Source: Vulcanimicrobiota bacterium
GTDB taxonomy: Bacteria; Vulcanimicrobiota; Vulcanimicrobiia; Vulcanimicrobiales; Vulcanimicrobiaceae
Direction of reading: 5' to 3'
DNA: 26,113 nucleotides
Assembly (NCBI GenBank): GCA_003167055.1
Contig: PMUE01000097.1
Span: 1-26,113, forward strand
Both the position numbers and the translations under genes were made by a program. Below are positions 16,331 to 24,235 of the stretch, piece after piece (within the stretch, counting starts at the first letter, position 1; each line of letters begins with the position of its first letter). The notes under the pieces were generated by a model. That model was not told the origin of the DNA, searched no databases, and worked only from the letters and a program-made list of their open reading frames with translations.

Positions 16331-16825
16331 TCACGCCGGCATCGCAAGGTATTTTTCCACCATCTTCGCTTGCGCTTCCCAGCCTTCGTCGTTGGCTTCG
16401 AACGCGTCGGCGCGACGTTCGATCGGGATGGCGTCGAATCCGGACTCGACGATCGTGAGCTGCGTGCCGCCGTCTTTGGGCTCGAGCATGAACTCGACCA
16501 GCGTCGTCGGCTCCTTCGAATAGTCGTAATTCGGGTCGATGCTGAACGGGTGCCAGCGGAACGAGAACCGGCGCATCGGCTCAATGCGATCGACGATGAA
16601 GCCGAATTTCATACCCGAGTATTTCTCTTGCGTTTTGGCGACCTCGGGATCCACCTTGGTGGGCACGAGGACGCCGGAGATCGGTTGGCCAGGGGCAAAT
16701 TCGCCGTCAAATTGCATGCCGAACCAGGCACCGAACTGCCGTGATTCACTGATAGCGCGCCAGACACGCTCCTGCGGCGCGCGAAGAAATATTCGCTTCA
16801 CGATGCGATCCGTCGATGAAACCAT
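16331..16825 (-). CDS. SRPBCC/AHSA1-family protein
   Basis: IVKRIFLRAPQERVWRAI, FGAWFG, FSFRWHP, PTTLVEF, GTQLTIVESGF and N.EGW. GGAGG RBS before ATG 16825. Confidence 0.9.
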   Translation of the reverse strand: MVSSTDRIVKRIFLRAPQERVWRAISESRQFGAWFGMQFDGEFAPGQPISGVLVPTKVDPEVAKTQEKYSGMKFGFIVDRIEPMRRFSFRWHPFSIDPNYDYSKEPTTLVEFMLEPKDGGTQLTIVESGFDAIPIERRADAFEANDEGWEAQAKMVEKYLAMPA

Positions 16826-16852
16826 ATGCAACCTCCAGGTTGCATATTAGCA
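16824..16852 (-). promoter_or_regulatory. Palindromic operator overlapping the extended -10 promoter and RBS of the SRPBCC gene
   Basis: Perfect inverted repeat ATATGCAACC-N4-GGTTGCATAT at 16824-16847, and TGnTAATAT on the - strand at 16852-16844. Confidence 0.65.
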
Positions 16853-16880
16853 CACGCGAGTTAGGAAAACAAGGCGCGCT

Positions 16881-16917
16881 TTGTCATCCCGAGCGTAGAG
16901 AGCGAAGCGAACGTAGT
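16881..16917 (+). repeat. REP/REPIN-like repeat, left (truncated) copy
   Basis: TTGTCATCCCGAGCGTAGAGAGCGAAGCGAACGTAGT resembles GTCATCC.GAGCG..GCGA-type extragenic repeats. Its first 16 nt match the reverse complement of 18171-18186 exactly. Confidence 0.6.
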
Positions 16918-16973
16918 GTGCCCGGACCGTGCCCACTCGGCGCTCATCCGTCAGAGCGTAGCCCCAGAGCCCG

Positions 16974-16982
16974 TGCTAGAAT
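16974..16982 (+). promoter_or_regulatory. Candidate extended -10 promoter (TGCTAGAAT)
   Basis: TGn plus TAGAAT about 60 nt upstream of a TAAGGAG RBS/GTG start at 17042. Confidence 0.4.
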
Positions 16983-17041
16983 GGTCGCGGCGATCGTCAG
17001 AAACAAGCTGCGCATCGCGTGCGCATTAAGGAGAGCAGCAC

Positions 17042-17221
17042 GTGATCTACGAGAGCATTACCAAAGAACGGTTAGCCATCTTCGCCGTCATCATCACGAT
17101 GCTGGTGCTACAGATGCGCCTACCGTCACACGAACTGCCCAAAAGTGGGACTCTTGCCGGGCCTTGTGCTCATCGCACGCTCCTAAGATCGATATACATG
17201 CTCGCGACCCCAAAAGGTTAG
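17042..17221 (+). pseudogene. Probable remnant of a TMEM175/DUF1211-family K+ channel gene
   Basis: TAAGGAG RBS at 17027-17033. The N-terminus TKERLAIFAVIITMLVLQMRLP resembles the family start RLEAFSDxxFAxxITxxVLxxxxP without the EAFSD segment; similarity is lost afterwards and the ORF stops at 59 aa. Confidence 0.42.
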
Positions 17222-17420
17222 GGTGGACCAAGGCGTGCGGGCTCAAGATCGGCGACACAACATCAATACCTAAGCGATCTCGCGGAGGCTCAGAATCGGA
17301 ACTGCCACTGCGTCGAACAACCTGTTCCCACAGGCTATGGGCTGCTCGGCTCAGGGACGCTCCTCTAACGAATAGAAGGGTCCGCGCAGGGGAGAGCACC
17401 TTAGCTTGTTGTGGAGATAA

Positions 17421-17519
17421 ATGACCGAATACGATTCAAGTGCCGACGACGCAGAAATCGTGGATAACTACCGCCTTGTCGCAGATGATACCGGAATACA
17501 ATTGGCGCTCTCAAGCTAG
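17421..17519 (+). CDS. Possible 32-aa acidic peptide or gene fragment
   Basis: GGAG 4 nt before ATG; MTEYDSSADDAEIVDNYRLVADDTGIQLALSS. No other support. Confidence 0.22.
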   Translation: MTEYDSSADDAEIVDNYRLVADDTGIQLALSS

Positions 17520-17675
17520 CGCAAAGCGACTTTGCTCCCTCGGCTGTAGCTGCGGGGCAACTAGTTATCAGGCGGTCAGCGGTGCCCAATTGCGGCCCAA
17601 CAGCGGCGACCTTCTTCGCCTCCCGGTTGTGGCTATCTGTCGGCCAAAGCGATCCCGTCACTCGCCTCAGCCGAA

Positions 17676-18092
17676 TTAGCAGCCCGTTTTTGACGAGGTG
17701 CGATTGAGCTCCATCATGACTTCACGCGGCGCAAGGCTTCGAACTTGATACATCTGGTGATAATCCGCGTCGCACAGTGTGCACACCACTTCTCGACCGT
17801 TATTCCCGATGATCAAATAGTGGCCGCCCACCATCTCCCTACGCAGGCCGAAACTCAGTTGGCACATCGGCGCCTGGCCCGCGGGCATCGAGTCGATGCG
17901 TATCGATGTGGCGCGCTCCCAACTCAAACTGTCACTCTTCTGACCTGGTTGCAGTTTGAGGTAGCCGTTCGCTGAGTTTATCTGCACCGGAATAGGCAGG
18001 AGATTGTATATTCGCGCCGCCGGAGCGGGGCGTGCGCACGCCAGGAAAAGAACAGCAGCGATCCAAGCGAATGTGATGCGCTTAAGGTTCAT
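17676..18092 (-). CDS. Secreted hypothetical protein with four Cys in the mature part (138 aa)
   Basis: GAAGGA RBS before ATG 18092; signal peptide MNLKRITFAWIAAVLFLACARPAPA. The upstream part of the track ORF is read-through across the repeat and the MCP end. Confidence 0.75.
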   Translation of the reverse strand: MNLKRITFAWIAAVLFLACARPAPAARIYNLLPIPVQINSANGYLKLQPGQKSDSLSWERATSIRIDSMPAGQAPMCQLSFGLRREMVGGHYLIIGNNGREVVCTLCDADYHQMYQVRSLAPREVMMELNRTSSKTGC

Positions 18093-18170
18093 CGTGAATT
18101 CCTTCCGGATGGCACAAACAAAGATGCCGCCAGGTTGATTCGGGGCACGCCGCTGCGGACCCGCTATTGG

Positions 18171-18186
18171 ACGCTCGGGATGACAA
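18171..18186 (-). repeat. REP/REPIN-like repeat, right (truncated) inverted copy
   Basis: ACGCTCGGGATGACAA is the reverse complement of 16881-16896 and starts 9 nt past the chemoreceptor stop codon. Confidence 0.6.
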
Positions 18187-18195
18187 GAGAGGGGG

Positions 18196-20838
18196 CTAGG
18201 AAAATAGGGCGCGGCGTTGGCGCTCGAGTTCAACGGTTGAACTGAGCGCGGCGCGGCTATCTTGGGCGTGTGATTCGACCAGGGCCGCCATCTGCGAGTA
18301 ATCGCCGTACATCGCGTAGGCGCGGCGCGCTTCGTCGTTGGCGGCGTCCTCGGCTTGTTCGAGCGTGAATTGCGCCGAGCTGGCAAACTGCTCGATGCGC
18401 CCGAAGGCTTCTTGCGCCATACGCGCCTGACGCGCGCTGTGCTCGGCTTTCGCTACGCCGTTTTCGATCGCGACGCCGGCGGATTTGCCGCGCGCTTCGA
18501 GATCGCTGAGGACTTTGCGAATGTCTAGCGTCGAGGCCTTGGTCTTGTCGGCAAGACTGCGCACCTCACCGGCGACGACATTGAAGCCTTTGCCGTGGTC
18601 ACCGGCGCGCGCAGCCTCGATCGCCGCGTTGAGCGCGAGCAAGTTCGTTTTGTCCGAGACCGAGCGCACCAGATTGATGATCTCGAAGATCTGATGCATC
18701 GATTTCGCGAACTGGTCGAGCGCATTACGGCTCTGCACCGCCATCGACGAAAGCACGTTGATCGTGTCGATCAGCTCGCCGACGGTGTCACGCATGACGC
18801 GCACCTGCGGGGCGACCTGCTCGAAGCGCTCCCCAAGGCCGAGAAAGTCCTTGGCGAGTTTCTCGTTCGAACCGCTCAGAGCCATGGATTGCTGCGAGAG
18901 CCCGTTCAGGCTCGAGATCTGCGACCGCGATTGAGTGCCGATCGTATCGCCGGTCGCGCGTACCGAGTTGACCGAACGGTCGATCGACTCGATGATATCG
19001 TTAAGAGTGAAGCCGTGCGTTGCGTCGTGCGAGCCGAGGTTGACGCGCGGACGCCAAGCGTCCAGATTGCGGTTGAGCAAGAGCCGGAACACGTCGGTCG
19101 GGAAGAGCGGTTCCATGCGCTCCCACACGAAGCGCGACGTCTTGACGAAGTCCTCGCGCTCGTCCGGCTGCAGCTCGTGCACCTCGAGGTGTTTGCGCAG
19201 CTCGGTCAGCGCGCGCAGATCGTCTTCGGCGGAGATGCGGCGGTGATACTGCCTGGCTTCGCTGAAAGCTTGCTGGACGAGCTCGCGGTCGGACGCCGGC
19301 AACAGGTGCCAACGCTCGATATTCCCCAGCACGATCTGGGTGTTGTAGGTGTGCGCGGTCAGCGAAAGGTAGCGCTGCACTTCATACAGACGCGCGCCGA
19401 GGGTGTTGGCGAGCGGGTTTTCTTGCGCATCGACTTCGTGGTTTTGCAGCGAGCGGTAGACGTCGTTGAAGCCGATAACCTTGGGCGAGGCGCCGAGCGC
19501 GTGCATCAGCGCGAGGTACACGACCGAATCTTGAATGCGTACCCGCATCTTGCGCATGTCCGAAGGACGGCGGATCGGATGTAAGCTGTTGGTGAAGTGA
19601 CGCAGCCCGTTCTCGAAAAAGCCCAGGCCGTGCAGCCCGAACGACTCGAACGATGAGAGGATGTGTTCGCCGAGCGGACCGTCGAGCAACCGGTGCGCCG
19701 ATTCACGGTCGGGAAAGACGAACGGCAGATCGAGCAATTGGGCGAGCGGCACGAGCGCGCCGGCGACGTACGTCGTCACGCTGACCATATCGAGTTCACC
19801 CGAGCGCACGCGCAGGAGCGCTTCCATCTCGCTGCCACCGGTAAACGGAATCTCCAACTCGATACGCAAGCGTCCTTCGGAGAGCTCGAGCGTGCGCTCC
19901 GCCACATATTCCCATGCCCGCGATGGCGGATAGCCCGGCGGCAGAAGCGTCGCGATTTTGATCGTCGTGTGTTCGCTCTTCGACGCGGTACGCGAACGCG
20001 AGATGTATTCGATCTCTGCGCCGTAGTACGCGAGACGCTGCGTCGCGAAGGCGGATTCGAGTGCTTCGCGCCCCTGAGCGGCGGCAACGTTTGCAAGACC
20101 GTCGGTTGATTTGCGCATTGCTTCGGCGGCGTGACTGTGATCGCGGCCACTGATCACCGCACGATCGATCGTGACCGAGAGATCCGCCGCAAGCTCAGCA
20201 ATTTCTGCCAGCGACGTCCGGGCGATTTCGGCCAGCGGGGCCGACGCCGCCGAGCGCTCGGCGTTCTCGCGCACCGCTTTAATCGTCGCTTCCGCTTCGC
20301 GTTGAATCTCGACGACGAGATTCTTGATCACGGAGGTCGATTCGTTCGTCGTCTTTGCGAGCCGGCCGACTTCACCGGCGACGACGGCAAAACCGAGGCC
20401 ATGCTGTCCGGCACGCGCGGCTTCGATCGCGGCATTGAGCGCGAGCAGCTGCGTTTCGTCGCTGACGTCTTCGACAAATTCCGTCATGCGGCCGATCTCG
20501 CTCATCAAGCGACCGAAATCGTCCATTGCGATGGCGGTGTCGGCGGAAAGATCGGCCAGCTGTTGCACCGAGGTCAAAAGATTCTCGACGACTTCGAACG
20601 AGTTGCCCAAATCCGATGCGGCGGCACGCGCGGACGCTTGCGCGGACTGCAGCCGTTCGGCCGTTTCGCGTGAGGCCGACGCAAGCGTCCCGGCAGTGTC
20701 CGAGAGCGCCACCATCAGCGTGGTCTGCTCTTGCGCGGTGGCGGCGATCGCCTCCGAGGCCTGGCGGACCGCGTCGACCGCGGTAGCGATGCTCGCGTTG
20801 AAGCGATCGAAGAGTTCGTCCTCGCGCGTTGAGATCAT
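18196..20838 (-). CDS. Soluble methyl-accepting chemotaxis protein with MA - DctP (TRAP solute-binding) - MA architecture
   Basis: Two hairpin-tip signatures ([29 protein letters not shown] at aa ~129-157 and [30 protein letters not shown] at aa ~731-760) flank a DctP-like domain (aa ~291-590: [28 protein letters not shown]...VDAQENP). No TM segment or signal peptide is visible. Confidence 0.92.
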   Translation of the reverse strand: MISTREDELFDRFNASIATAVDAVRQASEAIAATAQEQTTLMVALSDTAGTLASASRETAERLQSAQASARAAASDLGNSFEVVENLLTSVQQLADLSADTAIAMDDFGRLMSEIGRMTEFVEDVSDETQLLALNAAIEAARAGQHGLGFAVVAGEVGRLAKTTNESTSVIKNLVVEIQREAEATIKAVRENAERSAASAPLAEIARTSLAEIAELAADLSVTIDRAVISGRDHSHAAEAMRKSTDGLANVAAAQGREALESAFATQRLAYYGAEIEYISRSRTASKSEHTTIKIATLLPPGYPPSRAWEYVAERTLELSEGRLRIELEIPFTGGSEMEALLRVRSGELDMVSVTTYVAGALVPLAQLLDLPFVFPDRESAHRLLDGPLGEHILSSFESFGLHGLGFFENGLRHFTNSLHPIRRPSDMRKMRVRIQDSVVYLALMHALGASPKVIGFNDVYRSLQNHEVDAQENPLANTLGARLYEVQRYLSLTAHTYNTQIVLGNIERWHLLPASDRELVQQAFSEARQYHRRISAEDDLRALTELRKHLEVHELQPDEREDFVKTSRFVWERMEPLFPTDVFRLLLNRNLDAWRPRVNLGSHDATHGFTLNDIIESIDRSVNSVRATGDTIGTQSRSQISSLNGLSQQSMALSGSNEKLAKDFLGLGERFEQVAPQVRVMRDTVGELIDTINVLSSMAVQSRNALDQFAKSMHQIFEIINLVRSVSDKTNLLALNAAIEAARAGDHGKGFNVVAGEVRSLADKTKASTLDIRKVLSDLEARGKSAGVAIENGVAKAEHSARQARMAQEAFGRIEQFASSAQFTLEQAEDAANDEARRAYAMYGDYSQMAALVESHAQDSRAALSSTVELERQRRALFS

Positions 20839-21581
20839 GACTTCGGCCTATTCGCCGGACCGAGGAACCATCCATAGGCCGCGTAGCCGCGATAATGCGG
20901 CTGCGAGCCATAGCTGCGGCCCGCCGAGAAGAGCAGGCCGTGGACCGCGCCGAGCATATGCGTGTAGCCCACGCCGATATCTGACTGCGCATAGTCGTCG
21001 TGCGGCGTAGTCCGGGTAAACTCCATTCCAATAGTATCGTCCGGGCTCAGCGGATACGTAGCCGCAAGGCCGGCCTGCCAATCACCGTTTCCCGTCTCGT
21101 CCCGACCGAAATCGAAGCCGCCGCCGCCGAAGATCGTCACCTTGCCAACCGTCTTCTGTGCCCACAGCGGCAGAAACAGCGTGCCGTGCCCTTGGCCGAC
21201 TCCGGAAGCGCCCGTCGCGAAGGTCACCTGCGGATAGAACGAGATCTGCGGTGAGCGCGCGGTCTCTTGCATGAATCGAACCTTGAGGCCGCTTTCGAAA
21301 TCCTCGAGCCCATAGGCGCTGGGCGTGCCGGGCGCGGTCTGTTGCGCATCGCCGAAATGCGCCGAGAACTGCACGTTGGGCATCAACCCATAGTTGATTT
21401 CCAAGAACGGCAGCTCCGACGTCGCTACGCCGACATCTTGATGGGTAGCCGCTCCGGAATAGATCTCATAGTTGCGATAGTCTGTCGGCGCCGGATCATC
21501 GGTATCATACGGCGGTCCGGCGAGCACGTGTAAGGGAAAGGCGGCTGCGCAAAGCGCGAGCAATCCGGCGATCAACCTCAT
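20835..21581 (-). CDS. Putative outer-membrane beta-barrel 'transporter'-family protein
   Basis: Signal peptide, [10 protein letters not shown]-terminal motif, alternating aromatic/hydrophobic strands and YAAYGWF near the C-terminus. TGA overlaps the MCP ATG (ATGA). Confidence 0.68.
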   Translation of the reverse strand: MRLIAGLLALCAAAFPLHVLAGPPYDTDDPAPTDYRNYEIYSGAATHQDVGVATSELPFLEINYGLMPNVQFSAHFGDAQQTAPGTPSAYGLEDFESGLKVRFMQETARSPQISFYPQVTFATGASGVGQGHGTLFLPLWAQKTVGKVTIFGGGGFDFGRDETGNGDWQAGLAATYPLSPDDTIGMEFTRTTPHDDYAQSDIGVGYTHMLGAVHGLLFSAGRSYGSQPHYRGYAAYGWFLGPANRPKS

Positions 21582-21592
21582 AGCATTGTATG

Positions 21593-22237
21593 CTAAATGG
21601 GGAGCGTTTCACCCACATGAAAGATGTGGAAGAAGAGCACGGTCGAGACGGTAGCCAATGCCGCGCCCGCGATGACCTGGAGCAACGTATGAGCTTTAAG
21701 GTAGACGCGCGCCCAGCAGACCATCGGAATCAGGATCAGAAACGGTAGCGTCTGATTGCCGTAGAGCAGGGTAAGCGCGACCAGCGGAGCGGTGATGCCG
21801 ATGGCGTGCGTACTGATCTTCCAATAGCGCGTGATGTACTGAACGATCAGGGTGGACAGCGTGTAGGCTGCCATGGCCGCGATCATGATCCGCGGCGCGT
21901 GGGTGAGCCACATCGCAATCGTCCCCAGCAGATAGAACACCACGAACGCTCCAAATACGGATTCACGCTCGTGGCGGACCGACATATCCAAATCGGAGAC
22001 GCGATCGCTGCCGTACAGCCAGAAGACGTAGAGCATAGGCCCGATCGACGTGAAGAACGTCGAGAGGGCCAGCAGCCACCAAAAATCCAGCGTCCCGCGA
22101 GCACTCGCGTGCGCAAGGATGACGAAAAGCGCGAGCGCGGTTAAGAACGGATTGAAGATCGTCGAGAGAATGCGCGCCAGGTCGCGCCACGCCCGCCGGT
22201 TCTTGATCGGGACGGTCTCTTGCAACGGATCGTACAT
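21593..22237 (-). CDS. PAP2-superfamily-like integral membrane protein
   Basis: Multiple TM helices plus KISTH and WARVYLKAHT..QV, which resemble the PAP2 C2/C3 motifs. Start could be 22237 or TTG 22225. Confidence 0.68.
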   Translation of the reverse strand: MYDPLQETVPIKNRRAWRDLARILSTIFNPFLTALALFVILAHASARGTLDFWWLLALSTFFTSIGPMLYVFWLYGSDRVSDLDMSVRHERESVFGAFVVFYLLGTIAMWLTHAPRIMIAAMAAYTLSTLIVQYITRYWKISTHAIGITAPLVALTLLYGNQTLPFLILIPMVCWARVYLKAHTLLQVIAGAALATVSTVLFFHIFHVGETLPI

Positions 22238-22287
22238 TCGCCCGCTAGATTGGCCTCTGGGGGGTCCCCTCCCCCCGGGCAAGCGGG

Positions 22288-22305
22288 GCCGGGAGCGCTC
22301 CCGGC
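22288..22305. repeat. 18-bp perfect palindrome in the PAP2/dxs divergent intergenic region
   Basis: GCCGGGAGCGCTCCCGGC. Confidence 0.5.
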
Positions 22306-22324
22306 GAACCTTCGGCGGTCAATT

Positions 22325-24235
22325 ATGGTGATCGAACGCATCGAAACCCCTGCCGACGTCAAGCGCCTTTCGCGCGACGAACTGGACGTGCTTGCTCGCG
22401 AAATTCGCGACATGCTGGTCGTGACGTGCTCGCGCAACGGCGGGCATCTGGCGCCAAATTTGGGCGTGGTCGAGTTGACGATCGCGCTGCATCGTGTGCT
22501 CAACCTTCCCGGCGACAAGCTCGTGTGGGATGTTTCGCATCAAGCCTACGTTCATAAAATCCTCAGCGGCCGGCGCGATCGCTTCCACACCTTGCGCAAA
22601 GGCGGCGGCATCTCCGGGTTTGCCATGCGCAGTGAGTCGCCGTACGATCAATTCGGCGCCGGTCATGCGTCGACGTCGGTCTCCGCAGCCTATGGGATGG
22701 CGGTGGCGCGCGATCTTGCCGGGCGCGACGAAACGGTCGTCGCGGTGCTTGGCGACGGCGCGCTGACGGGCGGACTCGCGTATGAAGCGCTCAACAACGC
22801 CGGACAACTCGATTCGAATTTCATCGTCATCCTCAACGACAACGAGATGTCGATCGCGCCCAATGTGGGATCGATCGCCTCGTACTTGTCGGTGCTGCGC
22901 ACCAAGCCGCTCGCAAATTTCGTACGCGAACGCGCCAAGGACGTCTTCGAGCACATCCCGTTCGGGGGTGCTGCGCGCAAGGCGTTCGCCAGTGCCGAGA
23001 TGGGGGCGATGCGCTTCGTGGCGCCATCCGAGAAAACCGCCGTCATATTCGAAGAGCTGGGCTTTCGCTACATGGGCCCGTTCGACGGTCATAACTTAGA
23101 CACCATGATCGATGCGCTCGAGACGGCCAGGAACGTCGATCGTCCCGTGTTGCTGCACGTGCGTACGCTCAAAGGCAAAGGATACGAGCCCGCCGAGAAA
23201 GATTCGCGCACGTTTCACGGCGTCTCGAGCGCGTTCGACGTCGAGAACGGCAAGCTCGAGATCAAGCCCGACGCGCGACCCACGTTTTCGGACGTCTTCG
23301 CCGGCGCGCTGATCGAACTGGCAAAAGACAATCCCAAGCTTATCGCAATCACCGCTGCGATGCCCGACGGCACCAAGCTCTCGAAGTTTGCAAAGCAGTT
23401 TCCGGAGCGCTTCTTCGACGTCGGCATCGCTGAGGCGCACGCGGTCTGCATGGCGGCGGGAGCCGCGACCAGCGGCCTGCAGCCGGTTTGTGCAATCTAC
23501 TCGACGTTTCTGCAACGCGCGTACGACCAAATCGTGCACGACGTCTGCGTGCAGAATCTTCCGGTCGTCTTTTGCATGGATCGCGCGGGCTTTGTCGGCG
23601 ACGACGGGCCCACGCACATGGGTCTCTACGATATCGCCTACCTGCGCACACTGCCGAACATGTCGGTGATGGCGCCGCGCAACGAAGACGAGTTGCTGCC
23701 GATGCTCGCGCACGCGCTCTCGCGCAATGCCCCGGTGGGAATCCGCTATCCGCGCGGTTCGACCAGCGGCCGGCATCGCGACCCGGTCGCGCCGATCGAA
23801 CACGGCAAAGCCGAGGTCCTGCGCAAGGGAAGCGGCGTGGCGATGCTCGCACTCGGCAACACCGTCGACGTTGCCTTGGACGCCTACGACTTGCTGGCTA
23901 GCGGCGAGTTTGGCCGCTCGGACCGGTTGCCGACCGTGGTCAACGCCCGCTTTGCCAAACCGATCGACGAGGCGCTCATCGCCGAGTTGGCCGCCGACCA
24001 TGATCTGATCCTTACGCTCGAGGAACACTCACTCGCAGGCGGCTTTGGGTCGGCGGTCGTAGAGAAGGTGTCGGATTTGGGCCTTTCGGTCCGGGTGCAG
24101 CGCATCGGCGTCGCCGACGTGCTGGTGCACCACGATTCCCAGCCCAGTCAACGTGCGCTCTTCGGGCTCTCCGCGCAAGCGATCGCGGAGCGGCTCGCGC
24201 GCGCGCTCGACCCGCATCAGGAGATACATCGTTGA
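22325..24235 (+). CDS. dxs: 1-deoxy-D-xylulose-5-phosphate synthase
   Basis: GGHLAPNLGVVELT, WDVSHQAYVHK, GHASTS, GDGALTGG.AYEALN, ILNDNEMSI, GPFDGH, DVGIAEAH, YSTFLQRAYDQ and DRAGFVGDDGPTH. Confidence 0.97.
   Translation: MVIERIETPADVKRLSRDELDVLAREIRDMLVVTCSRNGGHLAPNLGVVELTIALHRVLNLPGDKLVWDVSHQAYVHKILSGRRDRFHTLRKGGGISGFAMRSESPYDQFGAGHASTSVSAAYGMAVARDLAGRDETVVAVLGDGALTGGLAYEALNNAGQLDSNFIVILNDNEMSIAPNVGSIASYLSVLRTKPLANFVRERAKDVFEHIPFGGAARKAFASAEMGAMRFVAPSEKTAVIFEELGFRYMGPFDGHNLDTMIDALETARNVDRPVLLHVRTLKGKGYEPAEKDSRTFHGVSSAFDVENGKLEIKPDARPTFSDVFAGALIELAKDNPKLIAITAAMPDGTKLSKFAKQFPERFFDVGIAEAHAVCMAAGAATSGLQPVCAIYSTFLQRAYDQIVHDVCVQNLPVVFCMDRAGFVGDDGPTHMGLYDIAYLRTLPNMSVMAPRNEDELLPMLAHALSRNAPVGIRYPRGSTSGRHRDPVAPIEHGKAEVLRKGSGVAMLALGNTVDVALDAYDLLASGEFGRSDRLPTVVNARFAKPIDEALIAELAADHDLILTLEEHSLAGGFGSAVVEKVSDLGLSVRVQRIGVADVLVHHDSQPSQRALFGLSAQAIAERLARALDPHQEIHR

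Noticed and set aside
16816-17424. 202-aa + strand ORF across the repeat patch
   Set aside because: Translates the REP-like repeat (CHPER) and low-information sequence, overlaps the SRPBCC start, has no RBS and shows no transposase motifs.
16881-18186. Autonomous IS/transposon
   Set aside because: No DDE or HUH transposase ORF inside and no target-site duplication outside the 16-bp inverted repeats.
18485-21254. Many long antisense ORFs over the chemoreceptor (e.g. 18595-19584, 20324-21010), and similar ones over ggt, the amidase, dxs and oppD
   Set aside because: Expected in high-GC DNA opposite real genes; Arg/Ser/Pro-rich with no motifs.
22238-22324. TPP riboswitch or G-quadruplex before dxs
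   Set aside because: No TPP consensus (CTGAGA etc.); the G-tracts have complementary C-tracts that would favour hairpins over a G4.
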